A stretch of 64,000 nt of DNA from Bacteroidia bacterium (GTDB taxonomy: Bacteria > Bacteroidota > Bacteroidia > NS11-12g > UBA9320): positions 25,800-89,799 of the forward strand of contig JAOKFZ010000003.1 of NCBI GenBank assembly GCA_028247315.1. Reading direction: 5' to 3'. A program made the translations under genes and the position numbers. Under the pieces are notes generated by a model. That model had not been told where the DNA came from. It did no database searches and saw only the letters and a program-made list of their open reading frames with translations. Of the stretch, positions 1 to 9,018 are shown piece by piece; the first letter of the stretch is position 1; every line of letters begins with the position of its first letter.

Positions 1-395
1 CAACACGACATGTTGCCAAAAACTTGGTAGCTGCTGGTGTTTGCGATGAGGTATTGGTACAAGTAGCTTACGCCATAGGTGTAGCAGAACCAATGGGTCT
101 ATATGTAAATACATACGGTACGTCTAAAGTAAGCCAAACCGATGGCGAAATAGCAGATATCCTTATGAAAATGGACAAATTTGACATGCGTCCGTATTTT
201 ATAGAGCAGCGATTTAACCTACGTAGCCCTATTTATTCTGAATCTGCGGCATACGGCCATATGGGTCGTAAAACGGAGACCGTTACCAAAACCTTTGTAG
301 ATGGCGGAGGCAACGCGATAAACGTAGAAGTTAAGCTTTTCCCGTGGGAAGAACTTAATGGTGTAGAGGACTTGAAAGCAGCCTTTAGCGTATAG
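1..395 (+). CDS. metK: S-adenosylmethionine synthetase, C-terminal fragment (5' end lies outside the window)
   Basis: The ORF is open to the window start. The tail VAAGVCDEVLVQVAYAIGVAEPMGLYVNTYGT...SAAYGHMGR matches the conserved MetK C-terminal domain. Confidence 0.9.
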   Translation, partial: TRHVAKNLVAAGVCDEVLVQVAYAIGVAEPMGLYVNTYGTSKVSQTDGEIADILMKMDKFDMRPYFIEQRFNLRSPIYSESAAYGHMGRKTETVTKTFVDGGGNAINVEVKLFPWEELNGVEDLKAAFSV

Positions 396-473
396 TTTAT
401 TACCGGTATCATTTATTTGGTACAGTTTTTTTTGAAACCCTAAAAATGTGAACATCAACGAATGTTTGCTTAC

Positions 474-481
474 TAAATTTG
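474..481 (+). promoter_or_regulatory. Bacteroidota-type -7 promoter box (TAnnTTTG) upstream of glmS
   Basis: TAAATTTG lies 21 nt before the glmS ATG. Motif match only. Confidence 0.35.
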
Positions 482-502
482 TTTATTAATTAGAATAATT
501 TT

Positions 503-2347
503 ATGTGTGGAATAGTTGCTTATTACGGTCCAGATCAGGCTTACAATTTTTTAATAAAAGGCCTGCAACGTCTAGAGTACAGAGGATATGATAGTGCAGG
601 AATAGCCTTGCTAAATGGAGACCTTCATGTACACAAAAGCAAAGGGAAGGTATCAGACTTGCAGCAAGTAGCCGAAGGCAAAAACATAAGCGGAAATCGA
701 GGAATAGGTCATACTAGATGGGCTACCCACGGTGAACCAAACACCGTAAATGCACACCCGCATCTCTCGCAAAGTGGCGATATTGCCTTGATACATAATG
801 GAATCATAGAAAACTACGCTACGATTAAAGAGGTCTTAACAGAGCGAGGTCATGTATTCAAAAGCGATACAGATACAGAAGTACTTACGCACCTAATCGA
901 GGAAATAAAAGACAAAGAACAAGTAGACTTACTTGAAGCCGTACGACTTGCCCTAAATGAAGTAGTAGGTGCTTATGCTATAGTAATACTAAGTAAGAGT
1001 GACCCTAATACTCTTATAGCTGCTCGCAAGGGTAGCCCACTGGTTGTAGGAATTAGTGATAGACCAGGAGAATTTTTCCTGGCAAGTGATGCTACACCAA
1101 TCGTGGAGTACACCAAAAAAGTTACGTACCTTAATGACAATGAAATAGTTGCTATTCAAGATGGTGAAATGACTGTAAAGACGATCGACAATAAGGCAAT
1201 ATCTCCATTCATACAAGAATTAAAAATTAGTCTAGAAGCACTAGAAAAAGGCGGATATGAACACTTTATGCTTAAAGAGATTTTTGAGCAGCCCAAGTCC
1301 ATTTATGACAGTATGCGTGGTCGTTTTGATCCTCAAAACCTAACTTTTGCTATGCGGAGTTTGACGGAATATGCCAACAAAATAAAAAACCTAGACCGCA
1401 TCATTATTGTGGCTTGTGGTACTTCCTGGCACGCCGGATTAGTGGGTGAATATCTTATAGAAGAGTTTGGTAGAATACCTGTAGAGGTAGAATACGCTTC
1501 TGAATTCAGGTATAGAAACCCAATTATTACGGAAGATGATTTAGTAATAGCTATCTCACAGAGTGGTGAAACTGCAGACACACTTGCTGCTCTGGAGATG
1601 GCAAAAGAAAAAGGAGCTACGATATACGGCATTTGTAATGTAGTAGGAAGTAGTATACCAAGAATGACCCATGCAGGGGCATACACTCACGCAGGTCCAG
1701 AGATTGGTGTTGCTTCAACTAAAGCTTTCACAGCTCAGGTAACGGTACTCACCCTACTAGCACTTGGAATTGCGGATATCCGTGGTAAAATAACAAGCGA
1801 ACGATTGAGAGAGATGTTTGCAGCGTTGGATACTATCCCTCAAAAAGTAGAGGAATTGCTTATCAAATGCAACGACAAGTGTAAAGAAATTGCGACCATC
1901 TACCAGGACTCACCCAACTGTCTATACTTGGGTCGTGGATACAACTTCCCTGTAGCACTAGAAGGTGCACTCAAGTTAAAAGAGATCTCCTACATACACG
2001 CAGAAGGGTATCCGGCGGCAGAGATGAAGCATGGTCCTATTGCACTAATAGATGAAAATATGCCTGTTGTGGTAATTGCAACCAAACGCAATTATTATGA
2101 AAAAGTAGTATCCAATATACAGGAAGTAAAAGCACGAAAGGGTAAAATAATAGCCATTGTGACCGAAGGCGATGAAAAAGTTGCTGAAATAGCAGACCAC
2201 TACATCGAGATCCCAGACACAGAAGACTGTCTTACTCCTTTACTCGCCACGATACCGCTGCAACTCCTATCCTACTATATTGCCGTAATGAGAGGATGCA
2301 ATGTAGACCAGCCTAGAAACTTAGCCAAATCTGTTACAGTGGAGTAA
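503..2347 (+). CDS. glmS: Glutamine--fructose-6-phosphate aminotransferase (isomerising)
   Basis: 614 aa. Starts MCGIVAY (N-terminal Cys nucleophile), has two SIS-type halves and ends in the canonical ...LAKSVTVE. Confidence 0.97.
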   Translation: MCGIVAYYGPDQAYNFLIKGLQRLEYRGYDSAGIALLNGDLHVHKSKGKVSDLQQVAEGKNISGNRGIGHTRWATHGEPNTVNAHPHLSQSGDIALIHNGIIENYATIKEVLTERGHVFKSDTDTEVLTHLIEEIKDKEQVDLLEAVRLALNEVVGAYAIVILSKSDPNTLIAARKGSPLVVGISDRPGEFFLASDATPIVEYTKKVTYLNDNEIVAIQDGEMTVKTIDNKAISPFIQELKISLEALEKGGYEHFMLKEIFEQPKSIYDSMRGRFDPQNLTFAMRSLTEYANKIKNLDRIIIVACGTSWHAGLVGEYLIEEFGRIPVEVEYASEFRYRNPIITEDDLVIAISQSGETADTLAALEMAKEKGATIYGICNVVGSSIPRMTHAGAYTHAGPEIGVASTKAFTAQVTVLTLLALGIADIRGKITSERLREMFAALDTIPQKVEELLIKCNDKCKEIATIYQDSPNCLYLGRGYNFPVALEGALKLKEISYIHAEGYPAAEMKHGPIALIDENMPVVVIATKRNYYEKVVSNIQEVKARKGKIIAIVTEGDEKVAEIADHYIEIPDTEDCLTPLLATIPLQLLSYYIAVMRGCNVDQPRNLAKSVTVE

Positions 2348-2407
2348 ATCGTCTTTTAAAATATACAGTTTTCAAAGTGTATTATTAACACACTGAAAAT
2401 TTTCTAA

Positions 2408-2438
2408 AGCCTAACATTCAAACTGTTAGGCTTTTTTT
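2408..2438 (+). terminator. Rho-independent terminator after glmS
   Basis: AGCCTAACA / TGTTAGGCT stem followed by a T7 run. Confidence 0.7.
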
Positions 2439-2493
2439 GTTTTCTACAGGACTGGTTTTTGAAAAGCTCTAGTCAAACAAATAGAGAAATAGT

Positions 2494-3228
2494 ATGAAAA
2501 AAACAATTACACTTTTAGCAGCAGCAATGATTCTTATGATAGCGGAGGTGCACGCCTCCAGACTATTCCTAACTACAGGTTATTTTAGGTCTACAACCTA
2601 CATCTCTGGACAACAACACTTCTCTCACAACGGAGTATTTCAGATAAACAAACTAAGCCCAGGAAAACACTTTGTACGGGTGACCCAACAAAATCATACC
2701 ACTAGAGGTAACACGCAGCGTAGACACAACAGAGGGCTCGTTTTCAAAGGAAATATAATCATACCACAACAAAGTGATGTCTATGCTCGAGTATCTCCCA
2801 GAGGCCACCTTATTATAGACCGAACAATACCCCACAGACGCAACACACGCAGAACTATAACTAATCCACAACGAGGGTGTGGAGTAAACTACAGTAAGCA
2901 TAGTCGAGGACATACGAGCAGAAGGAAAGCAAGAGCTCCAGAGTTGAGAGGCCAAGCAAATAATAACTTTAATACAGCACTTACAACGATTAAACAAGCC
3001 TCCTTCCAGAGCCAGAAAACACTAATTGCAAAGCAATACCTACGAAATAACGATGTGACCAGTAGACAGGTCTTACATATGATTAGAGCATTTACTTTCG
3101 AAAGCAGTAAGTTAGAAATAGCCAAAAAAGCTTACCGCAGTACGGTAGACCCACAAAACTATTTTTTGGTAAACCAAGGCTTTGACTTTAGCAGTAGCTC
3201 AAGAGCGTTGGATAGGTTCATTAGATAA
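2494..3228 (+). CDS. Secreted DUF4476-like protein with a highly basic low-complexity N-terminal half
   Basis: Signal peptide MKKTITLLAAAMILMIAEVHA. The C-terminal ~80 aa (SFQSQKTLIAKQYL...FESSKLEIAKKAY...DPQNYFLVNQGFDFSSS) resemble DUF4476. Confidence 0.6.
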   Translation: MKKTITLLAAAMILMIAEVHASRLFLTTGYFRSTTYISGQQHFSHNGVFQINKLSPGKHFVRVTQQNHTTRGNTQRRHNRGLVFKGNIIIPQQSDVYARVSPRGHLIIDRTIPHRRNTRRTITNPQRGCGVNYSKHSRGHTSRRKARAPELRGQANNNFNTALTTIKQASFQSQKTLIAKQYLRNNDVTSRQVLHMIRAFTFESSKLEIAKKAYRSTVDPQNYFLVNQGFDFSSSSRALDRFIR

Positions 3229-3250
3229 TAATTCCAATTAGTTCTTCATG

Positions 3251-3284
3251 TGCAGCGGTTATAGCAATCCGCTGCATTTTCTTT
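3251..3284 (+). terminator. Rho-independent terminator
   Basis: TGCAGCGG / CCGCTGCA stem followed by TTTTCTTT. Confidence 0.6.
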
Positions 3285-3457
3285 GTGCAATAAACGTTAT
3301 TGCCTATAGCCTCATTAGCGGCAGATAGCAAAGAATATGTATCTGGTACATTCTTTCGAAAAACATTACCTAGCATAATCAGGACATACATGTTTTAATC
3401 TTCATGAATTTAGACCTAAACTTGCAAACTGTAAAGTAGAATCGGTCACTAGCCTAT

Positions 3458-5509
3458 ATGCACATTAAAAAATCTGTCTTCGAAAATGCCTTAAAACACA
3501 TGTTTACTGCCAGAGCTATGGCAGATATCTATGAAGCAAACAGGCCAATAACGAGCTACGTACATTCTACCTCGAAAGGGCACGAAGCAATACAACTTGC
3601 TACGGCTTACCACCTAAAAGAAATAGACTGGGTAGCTCCCTACTATCGCGATGAGTCTATACTGTTGGGAATGGGATTAAGTCCATATGAGCTCATGCTA
3701 CAACTATTGGCAAAAAAAGATGACCCTTTCTCGGGTGGCAGGACGTATTACTCCCATCCATCACTATTGAGAGCAGACAAACCAAAAATAGCTCATCAAA
3801 GCAGTGCCACAGGTATGCAAGCCATACCAACTACGGGTATAGCACATGGCTTGCAGTATTTGAAAGAAAATAAGCTAAACGAATCAGGGACTAATGGGTC
3901 TATAGTAGTCTGTTCCATTGGAGATGGCTCTATGACAGAGGGAGAAGTTGCAGAAGCCTTGCAAATGGCTGTACTGCACCAATTACCAATTTTGTACTTG
4001 GTACAAGATAATGACTGGGGAATATCTGCAAGCGGAGACGAGATGCGGGCCATGAACGCCTATGAATTTGCTGCAGGATTTAAGGGTTTACGCAGGAGAA
4101 AAGTCGATGGTAGTGATTTTGTGGAAAGTTACAATGATGTAGGTAAAGCAATAAAATGGGTTCGTATGAATCAAAAGCCTATGCTTCTACATACAAAAGT
4201 GCCGCTACTGGGGCACCATACGAGTGGTGTACGAAGCGAGTGGTACCGTGATGATTTAGAAGAAGACCAAAAAGAAGATCCCCTTATATTTTTACTTGAG
4301 CAAGCACTGAAAAAAGGGTTCAAACAAAGCACCATAGACCAATGGAAAGAAGAGGCAATAGCCCACGTTTCTGATGCCTTTGAACGAGCCGTAGCAGCCG
4401 AATCTCCTGCATTGGATTCAGTAACTGATTTTGTGCTCGCACCAACACCCATTACAGAAGAAGTGGGAGAAAGAAGCCCAGCAGGTAATGAAAAAATAAT
4501 AATGGTAGATGCTGCATTGCACGCTGTAGATGAAATCTTAACAGACCATCCCGAAGCATTGCTGTATGGACAAGATGTAGGTCATAGACTCGGCGGTGTT
4601 TTTAGAGAAGCAGCTACTTTAGCCCAAAAACATGGAACACATCGTGTATTCAATACACCTATACAAGAAGCCTACATTATAGGCTCTACTGCTGGTATGA
4701 GTGCCGTAGGTTGCAAGCCTATAGTAGAAGTACAGTTTGCCGACTATATATGGCCGGGAGTAAACCAGCTTGTAACAGAACTAAGTAAGAGTAGCTACCT
4801 AAGTGGAGGCAAGTTTCCTGTACAAAGTGTTATACGCGTACCAACGGGGGCTTATGGCGGCGGCGGCCCATACCATAGTGGGACCAATGAGAGTAGTATT
4901 CTCCCCATTAAAGGTATAAAAATAGTCTACCCCAGTAATGCTGCAGATATGAAAGGACTTATGAAGGCTGCTTTCTATGATCCAAATCCTGTAGTTATGT
5001 TTGAACACAAAGGTATATACTGGAGTAAGGTACCCGGAACCGAAGGAGCAAAAAGCATAGAACCGAGTAAAGACTATGTGATACCCCTTGGTAAAGCACG
5101 CATACATTTAGAAACAAGCGACGAGGCTCTAGAAAACGGAGAAACCATATCTATAATAACCTATGGAATGGGTGTATGGTGGGCAAGCAATGCCGCCAAG
5201 AATTATCCTGGTCAGGTAGAAATAATTGACTTGCGAACCTTGAGCCCATGTGATGACGAATCTATCTACTCCAGCGTAAAAAAGCATGGCAAAGTGATGG
5301 TCTTAACAGAAGAAACATTGAATAATTCTTTTGCTCAGGCACTAGCAGGCAGGATACAAGAGCACTGCTTTCAGTTCTTAGACGCACCTGTAAAATGTAT
5401 TGGCTCATTAAACTTACCGGCTGTACCACTCAATGTAGAATTGGAAAAAGAGATGCTACCAAACGCCGAAAAAGTCTCAATTGCACTAGGTAATCTACTG
5501 GATTACTGA
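3458..5509 (+). CDS. 2-oxoacid dehydrogenase E1 component, fused alpha/beta subunits (TPP-dependent)
   Basis: 683 aa. The N-terminal half is E1-alpha-like (GDGSMTEGEVAEALQMA...) and the C-terminal half is E1-beta/transketolase-like (FNTPIQEAYIIGSTAGMS...). This fused architecture is typical of Bacteroidota. Confidence 0.85.
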   Translation: MHIKKSVFENALKHMFTARAMADIYEANRPITSYVHSTSKGHEAIQLATAYHLKEIDWVAPYYRDESILLGMGLSPYELMLQLLAKKDDPFSGGRTYYSHPSLLRADKPKIAHQSSATGMQAIPTTGIAHGLQYLKENKLNESGTNGSIVVCSIGDGSMTEGEVAEALQMAVLHQLPILYLVQDNDWGISASGDEMRAMNAYEFAAGFKGLRRRKVDGSDFVESYNDVGKAIKWVRMNQKPMLLHTKVPLLGHHTSGVRSEWYRDDLEEDQKEDPLIFLLEQALKKGFKQSTIDQWKEEAIAHVSDAFERAVAAESPALDSVTDFVLAPTPITEEVGERSPAGNEKIIMVDAALHAVDEILTDHPEALLYGQDVGHRLGGVFREAATLAQKHGTHRVFNTPIQEAYIIGSTAGMSAVGCKPIVEVQFADYIWPGVNQLVTELSKSSYLSGGKFPVQSVIRVPTGAYGGGGPYHSGTNESSILPIKGIKIVYPSNAADMKGLMKAAFYDPNPVVMFEHKGIYWSKVPGTEGAKSIEPSKDYVIPLGKARIHLETSDEALENGETISIITYGMGVWWASNAAKNYPGQVEIIDLRTLSPCDDESIYSSVKKHGKVMVLTEETLNNSFAQALAGRIQEHCFQFLDAPVKCIGSLNLPAVPLNVELEKEMLPNAEKVSIALGNLLDY

Positions 5510-5568
5510 TGAATAGTATATGCTTTGGGACAACCCCAGAACATGAAACGTGTAGCTATTGAACTCTG

Positions 5569-6543
5569 CTAAAATTCGAAGCGTATATTAGCTTCAATCG
5601 ATGGTTGATAACCATTGCTCTCGTATAGTCGTGATTGCTTGTTGAAATTAAGATCATCTACAATAAAACTGGTCACTTCTAGTTTGATATTTTCTGTAAA
5701 CCCGAATCCCGCTGATGCAATAAATCCAGTGCTTCCGTTATTGAAAACACCTAGACCTAGACTGTGTCGCTTGTTGAATTCTGCAAAATTTTGTAAAGCA
5801 ATATACGCTACGCCAGCAGCATTGATTTTTGCAGCATGCAAAGAATGAGTTATACTAACATTCTTACTGGCACTCCAAGTGTACATAAGGTTTATACCCA
5901 GTTCTGGACGAAAATTGCCTTCAGAGTAATTGATAGTGGTGTCTTTAAACTGTACCGTCGAATCGCTAGAGGTTGTAGAGTGACTCTCTGGGAATGGATA
6001 TCCGGACGGCGTATTCATCTTACTTATATCCAAACCCCCAAAAAATCCATTGTACGCATAGGCAAATCCAAGTCCAAAATCAAGACCCACAGTCTCACCT
6101 ACACTGCTAGAATCAGTACCAAAGGTAAATTTATTAGGTCCTAAGACTTTATTGAATTCATTGCTTTTAATTGCGTATGCGTATCTTCCTATATCCACAC
6201 CCAGTGACAAATAGTTACCTTTATCCAGTTCTAATCTATACGATCCATAAAGCATAGTAGAACTGATCAACCTGAGCCTATTTTCTGTACTGCTACTGTG
6301 CAAGCCGACTCTAAAATTTTCAGTTATCTTATACTCTCCTATAGCTAGATACGCTAAAGGAACTTCCTCTTTAACAAGGGGATTCAGCAACCCTGAGATG
6401 CTTACTACACCTTTATCTGAATCATAGTTTTGAAAGGCTGGATTCAAATACCCAAGTGGTTTGTTATTGCTCAACATGTTGAGCTGAGCCTTAGCATGCA
6501 TGAAACTAATTGCTACAAAAGCAACTACTATTATTCTCTTCAT
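5569..6543 (-). CDS. Outer-membrane beta-barrel protein, possibly PorP/SprF-like
   Basis: Signal peptide MKRIIVVAFVAISFMHAKAQ, alternating beta-strand pattern, terminal aromatic (..IRFEF), and a size typical of PorP/SprF. The family call is tentative. Confidence 0.4.
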   Translation of the reverse strand: MKRIIVVAFVAISFMHAKAQLNMLSNNKPLGYLNPAFQNYDSDKGVVSISGLLNPLVKEEVPLAYLAIGEYKITENFRVGLHSSSTENRLRLISSTMLYGSYRLELDKGNYLSLGVDIGRYAYAIKSNEFNKVLGPNKFTFGTDSSSVGETVGLDFGLGFAYAYNGFFGGLDISKMNTPSGYPFPESHSTTSSDSTVQFKDTTINYSEGNFRPELGINLMYTWSASKNVSITHSLHAAKINAAGVAYIALQNFAEFNKRHSLGLGVFNNGSTGFIASAGFGFTENIKLEVTSFIVDDLNFNKQSRLYESNGYQPSIEANIRFEF

Positions 6544-6551
6544 CTCTTTTT

Positions 6552-7511
6552 TTATCCCGTGGATGTACTAGCAGACTCTATGTTCTCTAACATATTACTC
6601 ACTAATTTTTCTAAGCAATATTTTTCATTCCAACCCCAGTCTTGTCTAGCCGCAGAATCATCAATACTATCTGGCCAACTATCTGCAATATTTTGGCGGC
6701 TATCAATAGCATACTCCAGAGTGAACTCAGGAATGTGTTTTCTGATTTCTGTAGCCAACTCGTCAGGACTGAAGGATGTGCCTGCTATGTTGTAGCTGCT
6801 CCTCAGTTTTATTTTATCTATTGGAGCGTTTGTTATTTCTAGCGTGGCTCTTACTGCATCTTCCATATGCATCATGGGCAATGTAGTGTTTTCATTGAGA
6901 AATGATGTATAGCTTCCTGTTTTGAGTGCTTGGTGAAATATATCTACTGCGTAGTCTGTTGTTCCTCCTCCCGGGAGTGATTTCCAACCTATAAGACCTG
7001 GATACCGAATAGAACGAACATCCAAACCGTACCTCGCATTATAGTATTCGCAATATCTTTCCCCTGCTAGTTTTGTGATCCCATAAATCGTATTAGGCTC
7101 TAGAATGGTACTCTGCGGTGTGAGCAGAGCAGGAGTAGTAGGACCAAATACAGCAATGGAACTTGGCCAAAATATTCGTTTCACACCGTACTCAAGACAT
7201 GCATCAAAAATATTGAACGTGCCGTCCATATTGAGCTCCCACCCAAACTTTGGATTTGCCTCTGCTGTAGCACTAAGTAAAGCTGCAAGATGATATACAA
7301 TGGTAGGCTTATGCTTACCAAAACTGTTTGCTATTTGAGCCTTATCCAAGACATTGAGTGTTTCAAAATTGCCATTTTGAAACACAGGATTATCGGATGT
7401 ACGAATGTCACTCGCTATTACATTTGCAGCACCGTATATTTTTTGTAGATTTTCTACAAGCTCTGTTCCCACTTGTCCACAGGCTCCTAGTACTAATATT
7501 TTTTCAGCCAT
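6552..7511 (-). CDS. NAD-dependent epimerase/dehydratase family protein, SDR-type L-threonine 3-dehydrogenase-like
   Basis: Rossmann motif ILVLGACGQVGTEL. The overall pattern matches extended-SDR threonine dehydrogenases. Confidence 0.75.
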   Translation of the reverse strand: MAEKILVLGACGQVGTELVENLQKIYGAANVIASDIRTSDNPVFQNGNFETLNVLDKAQIANSFGKHKPTIVYHLAALLSATAEANPKFGWELNMDGTFNIFDACLEYGVKRIFWPSSIAVFGPTTPALLTPQSTILEPNTIYGITKLAGERYCEYYNARYGLDVRSIRYPGLIGWKSLPGGGTTDYAVDIFHQALKTGSYTSFLNENTTLPMMHMEDAVRATLEITNAPIDKIKLRSSYNIAGTSFSPDELATEIRKHIPEFTLEYAIDSRQNIADSWPDSIDDSAARQDWGWNEKYCLEKLVSNMLENIESASTSTG

Positions 7512-7546
7512 TGCTTATGTTACAAAAATATGTATTCCTATTAGAC

Positions 7547-8191
7547 TTAATGCCAGTTCTTTTCTCCTGCGGGTATTGGTACATTTAAATGGTTTTCTAC
7601 TGGCGGAATAGGACATGAGAACTCCTTATTATACGCACAATACGGATTATATGCATAGTTAAAATCAAGTACAGGGCTTTCCAAATCTGCTAATTCAAAG
7701 TCTAAATACCGGCCTGCTCCATAGGTAGACTTCGCATTGGTAAGGTCCTTAAATGGACAAAAGAAATAATCTAGTTGCTCCACATTTTGGTAGAGTGTAA
7801 GTGCTAGATCTGCATCGCCAAGTTTGAAACTGAGTGTGCCATACCGCTTGTATTCTGGCAACCTTTCTGTACTTGTTTTCATTTCAAAAACTGCTCCATT
7901 TTGTATTGGTGTAAAGGCTGCTTTTACTCTAAAAACTTCGTCTGGTGTGAAGTAGTTTAATTTTCCAGTAGGAGAAAGGTCACTCTTCGGCAGTATACCA
8001 TTGGCTCCGCTAAGGAACATAGCACTTGTGCTGTCTCTGTGCCTCATAACTCGTTTGGCATAGCCAGAAAGAGTTGAGTACTCATCTCCTTCAGCCACCA
8101 TCTCTTGGTTTGGTTTCCACTTCTTAGAAGTATCACAAGCATTACCCAATAAGGAGACTATTGCTACGCCTAACAGTATTGTATTTCTCAT
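7547..8191 (-). CDS. DUF1684 domain-containing lipoprotein
   Basis: The C-terminal pattern CPFKDLTNAKSTYGAGRYLDF...DFNYAYNPYCAYNKEFSCPIPPVENHLNVPIPAGEK is characteristic of DUF1684. Confidence 0.75.
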   Translation of the reverse strand: MRNTILLGVAIVSLLGNACDTSKKWKPNQEMVAEGDEYSTLSGYAKRVMRHRDSTSAMFLSGANGILPKSDLSPTGKLNYFTPDEVFRVKAAFTPIQNGAVFEMKTSTERLPEYKRYGTLSFKLGDADLALTLYQNVEQLDYFFCPFKDLTNAKSTYGAGRYLDFELADLESPVLDFNYAYNPYCAYNKEFSCPIPPVENHLNVPIPAGEKNWH

Positions 8192-9009
8192 TTATTAAAT
8201 AATAAAAAGGATGCTCCGCAATTTACAAAATTATCTGGTGCAGCCTCATTAAGGCCAAATCCACCAGTAAGATCAATTTGGAAATCGTCATTTATTAGGT
8301 AGGTAAATCCACCATTAATAAGGTGAAGTTCTTCTCCAGCATTAGTTAGAAATCCATAAGGCTCTACATAGAAACTCAATTTTTCGGTTAGACCGTACCC
8401 TAGTGCTAAGGTGTAGCTTGTTGTAGGATTGGGAGTAAAGCCATCCCAACTCAGCCCGTACTGTATGGCTATTCCAAATCTACTTGTGATGTCGTATGTG
8501 AGCGGAACAAGAAATTCTGGGGCAATTTTTTGGCCCTTTATTTTACTAAAGTCTCCTGTTGCTAATTCTGGAATATACAGGTGTCCTAAGAACCCGATGC
8601 TCAACCTATCATTTTTGTACAGGTTGGTTTTAAAGCCGATGAAGGAAGTGGAGAAGCCACTGAAAGAAGTGTCTCTTCTATAATTTCCTATGTTCTCATT
8701 ACATAATGCCACAGTTGGATTCGTTTCTACTCCAACGTTCGAAATGGAATTCGCCCAATTAAACCGTAATTCAACTCTTTCACTTAAACCAAACCTTAAT
8801 AATGTAGTGTTAACTGTAATATTTCTATTTGTTTCCGTAGTTCCACAAAAATTCCGCTCATCATTCTCTAAAATAAAACCTGTCTCTATCTGCAAGGCTC
8901 CTTTCGGCACCACGTTTGGACTCTCGGTAAAATCTGGACGGTCTGTTTCTATCTGTGCTACGAGTGATGAACTTACTAAAAGCAGTAGTATGACAAGGCT
9001 ATTTTTCAT
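8188..9009 (-). CDS. Outer-membrane transporter (MetA-pathway/phenol-degradation-like barrel family)
   Basis: Signal peptide followed by QIETDRPDFTESPNVVPKGALQIETGF, typical of this barrel family. There is a 4-nt overlap with the downstream DUF1684 gene. Confidence 0.6.
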   Translation of the reverse strand: MKNSLVILLLLVSSSLVAQIETDRPDFTESPNVVPKGALQIETGFILENDERNFCGTTETNRNITVNTTLLRFGLSERVELRFNWANSISNVGVETNPTVALCNENIGNYRRDTSFSGFSTSFIGFKTNLYKNDRLSIGFLGHLYIPELATGDFSKIKGQKIAPEFLVPLTYDITSRFGIAIQYGLSWDGFTPNPTTSYTLALGYGLTEKLSFYVEPYGFLTNAGEELHLINGGFTYLINDDFQIDLTGGFGLNEAAPDNFVNCGASFLLFNK

Positions 9010-9018
9010 GGTGCAAAA

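Noticed and set aside
396-502. Checked the glmS leader for a glmS ribozyme-like structured element.
   Set aside because: The leader is short and AT-rich, with only a promoter-like box. No conserved ribozyme core is evident, and that element is characteristic of Gram-positive lineages.
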